Source: Nageia nagi | Taxonomy: Eukaryota; Plantae; Pinophyta | Reading direction: 5' to 3' | DNA: 64,000 nucleotides | Assembly: GCA_050084985.1 (NCBI GenBank) | Contig: JBITNC010000001.1 | Span: 31,682,001-31,746,000, forward strand | Part shown: positions 24,743 through 40,000 of the stretch, in pieces | How the letters are laid out: each line of letters opens with the position of its first letter | Numbering within the stretch: the stretch's first letter is position 1 | Position numbers and translations under genes: made by a program | The notes under the pieces: model-generated | What the model was told of the DNA's origin: nothing | Databases searched by the model: none | What the model saw: the letters and a program-made list of their open reading frames with translations, nothing else

Positions 24743-26699
24743 TGTAGATGCCTAAAAATGAACCTTTATATATTTAATAAATCATCTTAATCCCTCAACA
24801 ATGTATTATTTAAAAAGGGATAAAAAATGTATAAAAGAAGCAGTAGGCCATATATTTGACCTTTATGGATTATATAAGGGGTCAAATCCTAAAATAGAAT
24901 CATCTCTATATAAAGGCATTAAAGACATACAAAGATAGAGGATAGGATTATCATCAAGAGGAGACTAGACAAGGGCCAGATTACAAAAGACTAAAGGCTT
25001 CTATCAACTGAAGATTGGATAGAGAATCAAGGACTCGAATATCATTTGTAAAGTAAACCTTTGCAAGGTCTTCTTATTTGTAACAAGCAAATCTCTTATC
25101 TCAAAGATTATCATACTTTTATTATATTGATAAATCATTCATTCGTTTATCATTTAGTCTTTCATCGCATCTTTAATTTGATCATTAACATGATATTGAT
25201 GATGTACTGTTATTAGGGTGCTAGTGCCATAGTAGTGTGTATGATATTGCTTATGCCTTTTCTTTATTAATTGAATATGCATGTTAATGAAATGAACCTG
25301 TATGCTTAATCATCTATTGTCATATTCTTGATTTATGTCAACTAACTAATAGACCAAATAGTGCATGTGTTAATTCCCCAAACTAATTACACTATTGTAT
25401 TATTTAGGGTCTACATTTGATGAACTTGACATTCTTACACACCTAGGTCTTCATCTAGGGAAAAATCTTTTTCTAAAGTTATGAATCCATTTTTGCTACT
25501 TTTTCTCTCCATAGAGGAAGTGCTCTTATAGTAACCAAAGAGCAAGCTAAAATTAGGGTTTATTCTACTTATATCTTAAATATGGATCTTAACATAGATA
25601 ACCTTATAATATTCTAATCCAAAGTATAATTTTTAGAGTTTAGGAGAAGTCTTCAAATAAATCTTGAATTATCTATTCAAATCCCTCCTCCTAGGACCAT
25701 ATGGAATTCTAAATCTTCAATTTTTGTTAAATGAATGTCGATTAATAGACAGACCCCTGATCGATATGCTATTCTTGATCCTAGCAACTTGGATAATTTG
25801 GCCTCTCATTTAGAAAATTTTGATGATGATGAACTTCTCGATCTTGATAGGATTCATTATAATGCTTGGTTTATTTAATAGGTGTTATCTGATAAGGAAA
25901 GGCTACAATTTTTTATTTGTAATAATGCCCCTATTATGGTGAAACTTCTTATAGATGCAAATTTGTTTGGTAACTAATTGGAAAATACAAAATTCAAATA
26001 TATTTGTTCTATTATGAGCAATCATCAAAACATGTCTAGCCTATGCATGAAATGCACGACATGGGCAACATGATTGGCTATCACCATGGTGTAGGAGGCA
26101 TAGATCTTAATGGAGTAGAGTTTGAACCAAAGCTTGATGCTAAGTTGGAACAACCACTACATGAGGATGATTTTTCTGATAATGATGACCAATCAAAACC
26201 TAAAGATGAGGATGATGAATCTTATAGCAATTTGATCATTAATCTACATTACTTCGATCAAGAGAAGAAAGGTAAGGGTCAAGTTATTTTACCTAATGAT
26301 AAAATTAAAACTCTCATTAAGTACCAACTTACTGAAGTTATTAGAGAATACTTTAAGCTACAACCAACTTGGACTCTTGAGGAGCATGAGATTAAGGTAG
26401 GTATCATTATGGATATCTAAGAAAATATTGATTGGTATAAACAACCTCCATATGAACAATTGAAAATATTGGTAGGGATAGTGCATGAAATTTAGTAGGA
26501 TAGGGTTAATTGTACTAATGAGTTTTGGTATTTTGAAATATATTCCACTTCAAACATCAAAAAATGCAAAATAACCTCCTCCTTCCCACCACCATCCCCA
26601 AAGACTAATGTAGGGTTTAACAACATGGTGAGTAGTGATGATGACTTCCTTTCATGTTTAAAAAGACCCCTGACTACTAGAATTCTTGCCATAATAATC

Positions 26700-27540
26700 C
26701 CTAGAAAAAAGAGTGTCAAATTTACTAAGTTTGATGGTATATAGGATCCTAGGATGCATGTTTGTAAATTTCATGAAGAAGCTATTGAATATATGCATGA
26801 TCAATATTTGTTGGCTAAGTTGTTTTCTTATAGTTTGAAATATGAGGCTCTAAAATGGTACTTCTAGCTTGCTAAAAGTAGCATTGATAGGTATGATGGT
26901 TTGATTCACATATTTTTACATGATTATGGTTATAACATTATTGAGAAGGTTTATCTTATGGACTTGTGTAAAATTAAACAACTCCCTAACCAATTAATGA
27001 AGGATTTTGTAAAGATATGGAAACAAATTGCTAATAAACTCACCATGGATGAACATGAACTCAAGCATATTTTTATGGATGGTCTTTTGCCTATATTAAA
27101 GCTATTTGTCATATCTAATCATGATATGTATTTAGGAGATATGATTGGCATTGTTACTAAAAACAAACCATGCATTAAAAAGTTGAGTGTTATGAAACAT
27201 GTTGAGCATACTTCACCTACAAAATCTATTACTAAAAATCAACCCAAGGTTGAAGCAAATCATGTTGTTCACAAAATTTGAGGTAGTTCCCCATAAAATA
27301 TACTCATAAATATACTCCTTTGATTTATACTATTGATAATATTTTAAATATATTATTAGATGAGGAACTAATTGAATTACCTCCTATTGTTGAACCTAAG
27401 TTTACTAATGGTGTGTCTAAAAATTTTCACTATGAGGAATTTTGCGATTATCATAGGGTACTTGGTCATGTAACCTAGGATTGCAGGACACTTCATAACC
27501 TTATAGAGGATTTCATTAATAATGGAGTAATTAGGATGGA
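26700..27540 (+). pseudogene. gag: Decayed gypsy gag (Retrotrans_gag plus C-terminal Cys/His motif)
   Basis: KFDGI*DPRMHVCKF..LLAKLFSYSLKYEALKWYF*L..SID..LIHIFL, and FCDYHRVLGH..DC near 27440-27485. Confidence 0.85.
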
Positions 27541-28392
27541 TCAAAAACTAGCTGCATAGATAGGACCTGTACATATAGATAATCAACTAGGGGTATTCAA
27601 TAATCCCCTACTATCTTCACAATTCAAAGGATGCATCAGTACAATAAGTATTTCCCATAATTTACATTCTTTTTTAGATAATACTTATATATATAAGCAT
27701 CCTCCTCTAAATAAGAACAATAATGGAATCAAAAGGCTGGGAATTACTAGTACAAAAGTGCCTCTTTTTATCCTTGCCTTTGTAAAGTGTATTTAGGTGG
27801 AATAAACTCCTTAGGTACATAAAGTTATTCCTTAAACTCTTTTTGACATCACAATCAATGTATATTAGTAGCTAGGTTATTTTTGTGTCTTTTTGCTTTC
27901 ATGTTCTATGTATTCACCTATCCAATGCTTTTTCTTCTTTATATCTATTTTTTCTTTTTATGTCCATAATCTAGGGATTCAACTCCTCTTTGTACAAGGT
28001 GCCAAGACCCTGCTATCTCTATGTCAGGGCACCATTGCCATGAGCTTCCTAGGATAGAATGTTTAAAATCCACTTTTTATCATTATAAACCATGTTCCCT
28101 AGCCTCTAGGTGGATCTTAGGTGTTGTGCCATGATATCTATGCTCACATACATGCTTCTAACCTTTATTTCTCCAAGGTATCTTGGTTCCTTTAGCGGTT
28201 GTATCATTTCAATTTGTATGTCTATGTTATGATCATTATCAGTTGTACATAACATAATGTGTGCATGCTTAGCATGTTTTACTATTAATGAGTTAGTTCT
28301 TAAAGTTCATTTTACCTATGTGTGTGTCTAATGTTAACCATTTAAATATAATAAGAGATAAAAAACATAGAGTATTGAGTTTGCAAAATGGG

Positions 28393-28393
<1 letters not shown>

Positions 28394-28467
<74 letters not shown>
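28394..28467. repeat. (TA)n microsatellite
   Basis: Uninterrupted TA run of about 73 bp. Confidence 0.99.
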
Positions 28468-28472
<5 letters not shown>

Positions 28473-28499
28473 TAAAAATTGGTACAAAAATAGGTATAC

Positions 28500-30350
28500 A
28501 TAGGCCTTAGCCCTACATCATACACCCCTATGGGTGGGTACTAGTATCACTACTAGATGTCTCAATCCTAAAGCATACCCTCCTACCAATACCATTAGCT
28601 CCAAATATAGAGACTCCACCCGAGATATCACTTGCCATGAGTTCATGAGTCTCCAAAAGTGTCTTGGACCTCATATACTTGGCCCATAGTATGGATATCT
28701 CTAGAGCCTGTGCTGCAATCTGATCATGCTGATTTTGCACAAATGACCACTACTGATCTAATGGAGGCATAGTGAGCTTATCCTAGAGACCCTTCACTAT
28801 TTTAGATAGTGAAGCCACCTCTACATCCTACATCACCATTGTAGACCTCACCATAGCCAACTCCACCTCCAATGGCTCGAGATGTGTTACCTCAACCTTC
28901 ATTGGCTTCAATCTAGCTAGCTCAACCTCCATAGCTAATACCTATTCATCTGATACCCCTATCATATCATACATAATTCCAATTAGTCTCTCATTAGCTG
29001 CATTTAAAAATTTGAAAAGTATGAAGCACTATGAGAAGAATCTTTCTTGTTTAAATATTACTAGCACCTCTAATTCCCCTACTAGTAGAGGCCTATCATG
29101 GATTTGATTATCTACATTCATTTAATCATCCTCCTCTAATGGTAGGCTCATCACATCATCATTCCCTCTATCCAACTCATTTAGGCCCAAAGAGCATGGA
29201 TACATAACTATCCACCATGCTGCATAACTAGGGGCAACCCTTGGAGCCATGGATACCTCCATAGCAACATCTTTATTAGTGACTCTAGCCATCCTATCAT
29301 ACACATTGGCATATCTTGAGCACCATCAAGAACTTCTCTCTTCACTGTATACCAATGGTACACTAAGGGCACTGCTAGAATCAACTGTTGTATCTTGAAT
29401 TATCTCAACACCCACTATAGATGATATGGCTTCACTATATTCTTCTTCGTCTAAAAGAAGTGGATTTGTCTCACCCATGCCAAATGATGAGCATCCCTGT
29501 AACACAAATAATTAGTGTAGCACACCCATATGATGTTTGCCTCCTGGAGGCCATTGATGTCTCTCCTCCTTACCTCCACAGATTAAGGAGGCCTATATCC
29601 ACCTAATGGGTCATTCCAACATGCTAGGGTCATGTTTGTTGGGTCATATATCACCTTTATAGTCCCACTACCCTAATAATTAAGATGTGCTCATAGGCCT
29701 AGACCTGTAGGTGACCAACATGAGCAATCATCATGTTGACCTTATCAACGTTGATGAATGAAAAAATCCTTGTAAAGCTATGCTAGTACTATTGACCCCC
29801 ACATGAACTATCACCTCTAAGCACATATCTATCATATTATCCATGTTAACCTAAGAGGAAAATCCAAATGGCTTTTATTGATACATAAATTAGTAGTAAT
29901 AATAGCCTCCACATGCAACTTTAGGAGTCTCCCTACCCTAATAAACCTACAACCCTCTATAAGTTACATCAACTGATGATCATAATCATGGTCATATGAT
30001 CTATTCAACCATAAATACTTAGCCCCATGAGTGTTATCATCCCCCATATCATGTTGATATATCAAACCACCCCTGATGGTATACGCCTAGATTCAATACA
30101 CATCCTCTAAAGTCACTATCATTTCACTGGTGGGAAGGTGAAATGAGCAATAATCCTAATCTCATCTCTTAGCCAATGTAGTGAGAAGAGGTGTATCCAC
30201 CTGTACTATCCTTGCATATGCAAGCTCCCCTAATCTGCATCAGTCTAAAATATCATTTGATTACTAGGTTCATAGGAAGGATTAGGCTAAATCTAAAGTT
30301 GTAGTTCTCATAGGCCCATCCCAAATCAACCCCTTGCGATCCTACAAGGT
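28500..30350 (-). pseudogene. Decayed plant mobile domain (PMD, aminotransferase-like) ORF, antisense within the LTR element
   Basis: Minus strand about 30200-30070 reads VDTPLLTTLAKR*...SFHLPTSEMIVTLEDVY*I, the PMD signature LL.ALAERW...FHLP.GEMTVTLEDV. Coding-like acidic/low-complexity tail runs to about 28500. Confidence 0.85.
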
Positions 30351-32097
30351 AACACCTAGGTATGTTAGTCCCTCCTCTCCACTCATGGATAATAAAAATA
30401 TAATATTTCAAGTTTGAATCTACTTATTGCATGCTTGATTAGTAGACTATGGAGATACTTCATTAGATGACCTATCCTCCCCATAATTGGTTTTCAGATA
30501 CTCCTCTAATCAATGTAGCCATCCCTCCATAGTATGGAATCTTTTATGGATGTCCTCCCCCTTGATGTGCTAAAATGAGATATGGAATGGATGTTCCAAT
30601 AGTGCAACATTATTGGCAAGGTGGCAATCTTGGTTGGGTTAGCAAGGAAGTCAATGCCTACTTATCAGATATCCAAATGGAAAGGATGTCAAAGTCAAAA
30701 TGACCTATTTTACAAATATTTGATTTTATAGGTTGAATTTAGGGATTTAATTAGGGTATCATATCTTTTTTGCCATACAGTTCTTGAATTCTTACATGGA
30801 GGTATTATTGGCCTTGTAAAAATTTTAAATCCCTCCCATCCTTTTGCTGATACTAAAAATTGCCATTTCCATAGTACCAATGGTGTCCACTTCTTTGAGT
30901 TGTGTGTGCTATTGATGGAATTTGGATCTAATTTATTCTCATAATTTATTCAAATGACTCACACATGTCTCAAGTAAATATTACTTCATTTATGTTTCTC
31001 ATTATAATTTATATTAGGTTTAGGGTGTCAGTAGCATGCTAATATACCATTTAGATGAGTTTCCAATATGCCTAGTTCATTTTCATCAATTGCTATTTTT
31101 CATATAATAATGGATACTTATTTATGATATGCAAAAAAAAAACTTAGATTATGTATACTTGGGTTTAGTCATTTGGTAGGGTAAAATTATATCTTCAAAA
31201 AGGTTGCTCCTAGGTAGCCGTAAGCCCATGATATTTGCAAGATTTGATGACATATGAAGAAAATACTTAATTGGATAACTTTATCCACTTATTTTATGAT
31301 TCCAATGGCATATTGACATTAGGGTGTGGGTGGCATACCAATCCATGAGTTACTCAAATGATTAAAAACCATATTGTACTTATCCTTAATTGCACCTTTT
31401 TGGCATGAGGATTAGTACCAAAATTATGCTTCCATTACAAGGTACAAGTGTTTTGCTTTTATCTTTTCATATAACTTTATTAAGCATGTTAATTTTTTAT
31501 TTGGAAGGGTTGAAATTTGTTAACATAGATCGACACATGCCAAGTGAATAAATCAACATCTATTAGTTGACCTAAAGTCACCATGGAGAAATATGTAGAA
31601 CGATGGGGCATTACCTCTCCTTCTAGACTTCACTTTGCATTTTGCGCTACATTTCTCATAGCTCTAAATAACTCTATTCTTCTCTAATTATGGGTGATTC
31701 ATGACTATCACCCAAATGATGATGTGATGATGTGGTGATGTAGTGTGTGTTCATGCATGTGACAAGATGGTTTGCCTTACCCTTTTTTTTAGCATTAGCT
31801 AGGAGTAATCTCATATTCATCTATAAGTATGGTGAATCAATAGAATTTGGCTAATAGTAGTCAAGATAATTTTGTTTTAGCCAAATTTGAAGAATCCTAC
31901 GATGTCAATGGCATGGAAGACTGTCTACATAATACCAATAGTGTAAATTAACCTATTTTCAAGACATCAATGGCATACATCCTTTGCGCAAAGTTAAAAT
32001 CAATATCCTAGACCTTTATAGGTTTGAATATTAGGAATTTCATCATTCCAAATCAATATATTATAATATATTATATTTATTTTATCCTTTTTTTCAT

Positions 32098-32830
32098 GGC
32101 TAATATCTTCAGATCATGGACATCAAAACACATGATCACATATGGCCATCAATATGACTAATGAGAGTGCACTCACTTAAAAGTAAATCGGCAATGCCAC
32201 CATGAGCAATTTGTTGATATTGGATCATATCCAATGGATGATACATTTTGCTATGTATCCACATGGTTTTTACTTTGAACCCATCTAAAGCATACTATCT
32301 TTGGATCATGGACATAAAAATGCATGATCATCAATGTCTAACGATATGGATAATAATTTATCACTCACTCAAAAGTAAATTGGTGATGTAACCATGAGCA
32401 ATTTGTTGACATTAGATCATCTCTAATGGATGATACATTTTGTTGTGTATCCACATGGTTTTTTATTTAAACCCATCTAAAGCATACTATCTTTGGATCA
32501 TGGACATAAAAATGCATGATCATCGATGGCTAATGATACAACTAGTGAGAATTCACTCACTTAAAAGTAAATTAGCAATGTAGCTAGTAGCAATTTGTTG
32601 ACATTGGATCATCTCCAATGGATGATACATTTTGTTGTGTATCCACATGGTTTTTTATTTGAACCCATCTATAGCATACTATCTTCAAATCATATACATA
32701 CAAATATATAATTACCTACGGCCATCGATATAGTTAGTAAGAGTTCACTCAATTAAAAGATAAATTGATAATGCAACCATGAGTAAGATGTTGAGATTAG
32801 ATCATCTCTAATAGACAAAATAACTTACTA
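32098..32830. repeat. About 191-bp tandem repeat, 4 copies, in the 3' region of the Tat/Ogre-like element
   Basis: tatctt(c/t)(a/g)(a/g)atcat anchors at about 32104, 32297, 32488 and 32680; atggatgatacatttt recurs. Confidence 0.92.
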
Positions 32831-35800
32831 TGCATACATCATTATCTTATGACTTACATTTCATTATAGGTACATAGATCTAGCAAAAAAGAAGAAACTT
32901 ATATTCAAAACTATAGTGCCAACATTATGCTCATAGTTTGTTGGGTCGTCAGCATCATATAGTTCATTATCATTTCCACCAATCCAAAGCATAACCTCTC
33001 TATTTTGAGGTATGGATGTAAGTACAAATGGTACCTAAGTATCATACATGAATAAATAACTAGATTCATGATTGAAACATTCTAAATGAGGCACATCATA
33101 TCTTCCATCTCCAACTTTGGATATGGATTGTCATAGTTATGCAATTATCATCCACACAGTATTACTAAAGACAACTTCTTCAATAGCTTTTTCCTTGGCT
33201 ACTGAACTCAAGGATCTTTCCTAGGCACCTAGGTTAAAAGGTATTCAACATAAGGACCCTCAACATCATTCAACAAAAGATAACATCAACAAAAAGATCA
33301 AAAAAGTTTCTTCTATATCTTGGCTACACTTCTTATTTGGACATTTAATTTCATTACTTCAATCACACATCCAAAGAGGGGCAAATGTAGACATCTCAAA
33401 ATGAACCTTTATGTATTTAATAAATCATCTTAATCCCTTAACAATGTATTATTTAAAAAGTGATTTAAAATGTATAAAAGATGTATAGGCCATATATTTG
33501 ACCCTTGTGGATTATACAAGGGGTCAAATCCTATAATAGAAGCATCCCTATATAAAAGCATTAAAGACATACAAAGATAGAGGATGGGATTATCATCAAG
33601 AGGAGACTAGACAAGGGGTAGATTACAAAAGACTCAAGGCTTCTATCAACTGAAGATTGGATAGAGAATAAAGGACTCAAACATCATTTGTAAAGAAAAC
33701 CTTTGTAAGGTCTTCTTATCTGTAACAAGCGAATCTCTTATTTCAAAGATTATCATACTTTTGTTATATTGACAAATCATTCATTCATTTATCATTTCAT
33801 CTTTCTTCACATCTTTAATTTGATCATTAACATGACATTGATAGCATACTGTTACTAGGGTGTTGATGCCATACTAGTTTGTATGATATTGCTTGTGCCT
33901 GTCCTTGATTAATTGAATATGCATATTAACAAAATGAACCTATATGCTTAATCATCTATTTTCATATTCTTGCTTTATTTCAACTAACTAATAGACCAAA
34001 TAGTGCATGTGTTAATTCCTTGAATTAATTACACTATTGCATTATTTAGGTTCTACACAAACTATCTATCCACAATTTACATGTGGATAGAAGACACTTT
34101 AAACATTTACCCTTTTGAAAAATGTGAGGGGGTTCAAGTACAATATTTTGCCTCATAATCATACCTAAAAAAATCATCATAATAACTACTATATAACTTT
34201 AAATGAAACTTCAACTACTTCTACTTTTAAAATTGCATACCATATTGAAATGTGTATTAGTTAAAACTATAACAATAATACAAAGCATTTTATTTTCACA
34301 AACCAACTTGCAAGGTTATAGTGTGAGAAGAAAAAGAAGAAACATAGTTTCTTGTGTGATAGGATTTTAGCAAAGTTTTTACTATTATGTTAATCATGCC
34401 TTAATGAATTATTGCTAGAATAGGATATGATTCCCAACTCATGTTTTTTAGAATAAAAAAGGTATTAAGTAAGTTTCCTAACCATCTCATTTTCCCCTTT
34501 CTTAGTTCTAAAATATCTAGAACATCTAAATTACATAAAATTTATGCCAACCTTGCTTCAAAATTTAAAATTCCTAATCCGTTCTTTATGTATGATATTT
34601 TTATATTTTGTTTTTAGATTTAAAATAAAAAATCTCTATAAATTTTAACACATTTTTTTGTGTGAGAAATATTTTCTTTTAATATTAAATAATGATGATT
34701 GTTAATGTCACAACCCACTTCACCAGAACATATTCTTGATATACTTTTGACTATATATGTTTGATAGATACTCTAGTGTGGATGTGTTTTGTTTGTAATT
34801 TATTGTTAAATAATACTTATATTATTTACCTTGTAATTTTGATTATTGCATAGGTACTATTAATGAATATTGGATATTTTTGTAGGGTACGTGAAGAAGG
34901 GAGTTTCGGTATCAAAGTTGAAAATTTTCTCTTCAAGGAGGTTGAGGTTATTGAAAGTACCATTACTACATGTAATTAGTTGGATCATTGGTAGTACTAT
35001 TGTATAAGAGTATCTCACTTCTTAGCTAAAAGTATAATTCATATTTTTATATTATAATACACCTATAAGGAAAACATATAAAAAAACCAACTTAAAATCT
35101 ATCTATGATATTATTAGATAGAGGTTAAAAACATATTCTAAGGGTTTTGATTAAAAATATCCAAGGGAAAATTTTATCTTTTGGATAGTATCTAACTTAA
35201 TTTGTGGGAGATAAATTTTAGGTTGCAAATCCATAATCGATTACCCTTTATTTTATTTACAAAAATAATCCTATAATATGGAAATAATTTTATTAGTATT
35301 ATTTTTAATAAATTATATTTATTAAAAATAATGAAGAAACATAAACTACATTTTAACCTAGACAACTAAACCTAAGATCTAAACCTATGGCTAACACTTA
35401 AAATCCTAAGTCTAAACCCTAAAAATACATTAGCATACAAATTAAGTGTAGGAGCTTATGTTTTTTAAACCTAATATATTTACCACCACCATAGGAATAC
35501 ATAGGGATTAAGATAAACATTGGATATGATTTAAGTGGAAAATTATTGCTAAGAAATGTTTTGGGTGGTTGGACTTCAGAGAACAAAGGGTTTCTCTGCA
35601 CCTATAAAGCCTCATTGGAAAACTAATGTGTGCATGAGATATCCATCCACTTGGAATTGAAGGAATCTTTATGAAGGGGTATTATAACATGGACTTCAAA
35701 GCATGCATTATTGTTTGTAGAAAAATCAAATGATGATTTATCATGGTATTTTGGGGATTCCTAGGAGAAATTTTAGGGTTTTTGAAGAGTTACTCCACTC

Positions 35801-37052
35801 TACATGATGGAACCCTAGTTTCATTACAAATATAAGATTTGAAGCGCCTAATATCATATGAAGGATTTATAAAATATTTTCTTGATGTTAACTACCATGT
35901 TTATCATAAAAAATATGGGTATGCTTGCTTACCCAATAAATTTTTAAAGAGGCCATGATTTATCATGAGAACTTGGTAATTTTTTATTGGCATGATAGAG
36001 GACCTAGGGATTTAAGAGGTTCAAGTGTGTTTTTTAGAAGATAAGTATGATTTAACTTGTATTAAGTTTACTTTTGAGGTTTACTCTTATAAAAAAACTT
36101 ATTTTCTATTAGTACCAACTTGAGGATAGATAATGACGAGATAAGTAAGAGAGAAAGGTTTGAGTTTTACAATTAAGGAATTTGGAGAGAACTTAGAGGT
36201 ATTTTTTGTAAATGAACATAATCTTTCTATAGTCTTTCCTTTTGTCCATGTAATCCTAATTCAAAATTCATTACATTTTCTACTCATTTTTATGAGATGT
36301 TAATATAGCTCTTTGGGTTTTCTTAAACATTAAGGGATTTTAATGTCGAAATTTTTATATGAAATGGATATAATTTATTCTCTATATTTTATTGAAGTAG
36401 TTCTAAATTCCATAAAAACCATAGATGTGTATAATTTGTTTAAAATTTGAATATCTTAGTATAGCAATGAGTTGCATGAATAAACCCTAATTATGTGTAA
36501 TAATTAATAAGGGTTTTTAAAACACTAGATTTTATGATGAAATCACGTAAACCCTTATCTAATAAAAAATTAATCCCAAGGGATTAAAAATGCTTAGCTT
36601 AAGCTTTCTAGTTTCTTAAGCATGGATTTTATGAGAGGAAACTTGTGACCATGGGTTAGATACTTTTATTTCAAAGGGATTAAATGACCCTAGCTTGTTT
36701 TTTCTAAAGTGGATAAATGTGGAGAGGAAACTTGGCACTATGGGTTAAAAAAAAAACTTTTCTATCAGAATAGAAAAATCTTGTTAGTCATACAAAATAC
36801 TTAGAAATAAATATATAAGGTTTGGTGGAAATATAGATTTAAAAACCATTCATAAAGATGTGACTAAAATTAGTAACACTTCATAGAATATTTAGTGTTA
36901 AAATTTTGTATACTTGAACTATGTTACAAATGATAATATAATATTTTGAAATAAAATTGATAGTAGGATATTATGTTTATTTATCATTGTTGTGTAAATT
37001 GAATGATTATGTTTCTATGTGTGAAATGCATTTTTTCCAATCATTTGTAATG

Positions 37053-40000
37053 TGTTAGCAGGAGAGAATTTCATAATGTAAAATAATAGATTCTAATCAA
37101 TAGTTAGTGACCAAATACTATGTGTTAGCTACTCCACCTATTTTGATCAAAAGGACATGACTCCACAAAACACCAAATGCAGGAATGGATCATAAAAATC
37201 CAAGATTGTTAAATTAACTCAAGAATAATTTACAATATATAGACCACAAAAGTGGTTAACTAACAAACTCCTAAAATGGTGCAACTAAGTGTACACCTCA
37301 TCCTAACTAATTTACCTACCTAAGCACTAAGCTAAAATTTCTCTAGCTAACTTCAAATGACACTTGTCATTGACACATGTCTAATTTCTAAATATTTACA
37401 AATACCATAATAAGATTATGGTTTTTAACATTCCCCCCTTAATCTAAAGGGGTATTTGTAAGTCCAAGCATTGATCTAAATTTCTTGAACTTTTCTCTTC
37501 CAAGTGCCTTGGTGAAGATGTCTGCGATTTGTTCTTCAGTGGAACAATGTTTCACCCAAATTGTCTTGGCCTCTACATGATGTCGAATCAAATGATACTT
37601 TGTATTGATATGTTTTGTTTGATCATGAAACTTTGGATTTCTTGGCCAATTTGATTGTAGAAGTATTATCGATTAACAATGGAGTTGGAAGCACTTGTTT
37701 CTCCTACAAATCTTCTAGTATTTTCCTGAGCCACACAATTTCTTTTGTTGCTTCTGCTACAGCCACATATTCTACCTCAGTAGTGGAATCTACTGGAATA
37801 GTCTATTTTCATGATCTCCAAGAAATAGCGGTTGATCCAAGACTCATAAGATATCCTAAAGTTGAAACTCCATTTTCCTTATCACCAACAAAGTTTGAAT
37901 CAGAATATCCAACCAGTTTGAAGTCTCTAACCTTGGAATATTTTAGCTCATAATCTTGAGTTCCTTTCAAATATCGAAGAACTCTCTTTGCTGCTAGCCA
38001 ATGACCTTCACAAGGTGTGTGCATAAATTGAGAAAGAATTCCAACCATGAATGAAATATTTGGTCTAGTTGTGGTTAGATAAATGAGACTTCCTATCAAT
38101 TGTCTAAATTTAGTAGCATCCTCAAATTGATTTCCCTCAACTGATTTCAACTTCAAATTTTGTTCCATTGGAGTAGAGAGAGGATTGCAATCTTCCATAC
38201 TAAATTTATTCAGCAATTCTCCAATGTACTTCTTTTGGGAAATAAATATGTAACTTGGTGTTTGATTTACTTCAACACCCAAGTAGTAGTGAAGCAGGCC
38301 CATATCTATCATTTCAAATCCTTTCTTCAATTCCTATTTCACAGATGCTATATATCTCTCATTATTCCTTGTAATCAATAGATCATCTACATACACCACT
38401 AGATATACAATAGTGTTGCCAAATTTCTTAACAAACAAAGTTGCATCACAAGGTTGTAGTGCTTGACTTTTAACTTTAAAAGATATTTAGTAAGCTTTTC
38501 ATACCATGCATGAGGAGCTTGCTTCAATCCATACAATGACTTGATAAGTTTGCATACCTTATGCTCTTGACCTTTAACTACAAATCCCTCAAGCTGTGTC
38601 ATGTAAACATTCTCTTTTAGATCACCATTCAGGAAAGCTATCTTTATGTCCATTTGATGAACCTTCCACTTATGTTGAGCTGCCATTGTTAATAAAGTAT
38701 GAATGGTAGCCCATTTAGCTGTAGGAGCAAAAGTCTCATCATAGTCAATGCCTTCTCTTTGTGCAAAACCTTTTGCAACAAGCCTCGCTTTGTTTTTATC
38801 AAGTGAGCCATCTAATTTATACTTGTTCTTTTAAACCCACTTACATCCAATAGGTCTGATTCCATATTGTGGATCTACCAACTTCCATGTCCCATTCTTG
38901 ATGAGAGCACAATACTCTTTCTTCATAGCTTCTTTCCAAGCATCATGAGAAATAGTTTCTTTAAAAGAAGTTGGTTCAAAATTAGCAGAACAATTCAATT
39001 CCATATCAAAAGAATATTCATCACCTAAAACTAAATCTTCTACTGCTCCACTTTCTTATCTTGTCTGGTAGGAACTTCAAGTTCTTGTCTTTCCAATTTC
39101 ATCATGATGAACACTTTCAAGTGTTTTCTGGGCCCATATTGGAATTCTCTGAGATGATTCTGGTTGATCACTGAGCTGAGATGGAGCTTCACTTCCATCA
39201 AGACTTAATCAACCAATTCCTTGAATTACTTCATCTAACTGATGCTTAGATACTGGCACTGATGAACTAGAAGAACTTAGTAGAGGAGGTACTCTTGGTG
39301 CTTGTTCTTCATGAACAAATGGTAAAAATTCCAAATTTGGATCCAATATAGGAATTCCCCCCTCAAGATTTGGAATTTCATAATCTTTTTCAAAATAATG
39401 CTTTCCATGGGTAAACTTATCAAGATGATCAATCTACCGCTCAACAGTATTGTCACTTTTGGAAAATTCAAGAAAGATAACATCTCTTGCAAAGAGAAAC
39501 TTCTTGTTTACCTCATCATAAAGCTTGTATCCCTTGGTAGTGTCTGAATAGCCCAAGAAAATACACTTTTGACTCCTAGCTTCAAGCTTGCTATGTTGTT
39601 CCTTAGGTATGAGCACATAATAGGTGGAACCAAAGATCCTGAGATGACGTACAAAAGGAATACGACCAAACCACATTTCAAATGGAGTCTTATCTTTGAG
39701 AGCATGAGAAGGAGATATGTTTCTCAAATAAATAGCACATTGAACTGCATCACCCCAAAACATAATTTTGACATTCTTGAAAAATATCATTGCACGGGCC
39801 ATGTTCAATAGAGTTCTATTCAATCTTTCAGCAACCCCATTTTGTTGTGGGTTATAGGGAATAATAGTCTAATGTTTAATCCCATGTTGGTGTAAGTAAG
39901 ATTTGAAGTCATTTGAAGTATATTTCCCCCCATTATCTGAATGAAGGATACCTATATGAGTATGAGCTTCATTTTCAATACTTACATGAAAGTCTTTGAA

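Larger units (their letters stand above)
24743..34057 (+). mobile_element. Non-autonomous Ty3/gypsy (Tat/Ogre-like) LTR element: gag, no pol, antisense PMD ORF
   Basis: LTRs 24743-25415 and 33386-34057 (tgtaga...tctaca; about 90% identical by eye over the first 120 bp). PPT aaagaggggcaaa 33373-33385. Flanks taaat/caaac (5-bp TSD with two C/T differences). Confidence 0.95.

Noticed and set aside
28293-28503. ORFs with YIYIYI runs
   Set aside because: Artefact of the (TA)n microsatellite.
35350-35425. Interstitial telomeric repeat
   Set aside because: Only one good aaaccctaaa and irregular spacing; too degenerate to call.
34200-37050. Hidden gene or transposase in the AT-rich interval
   Set aside because: No motif recognised in any frame; left unannotated.
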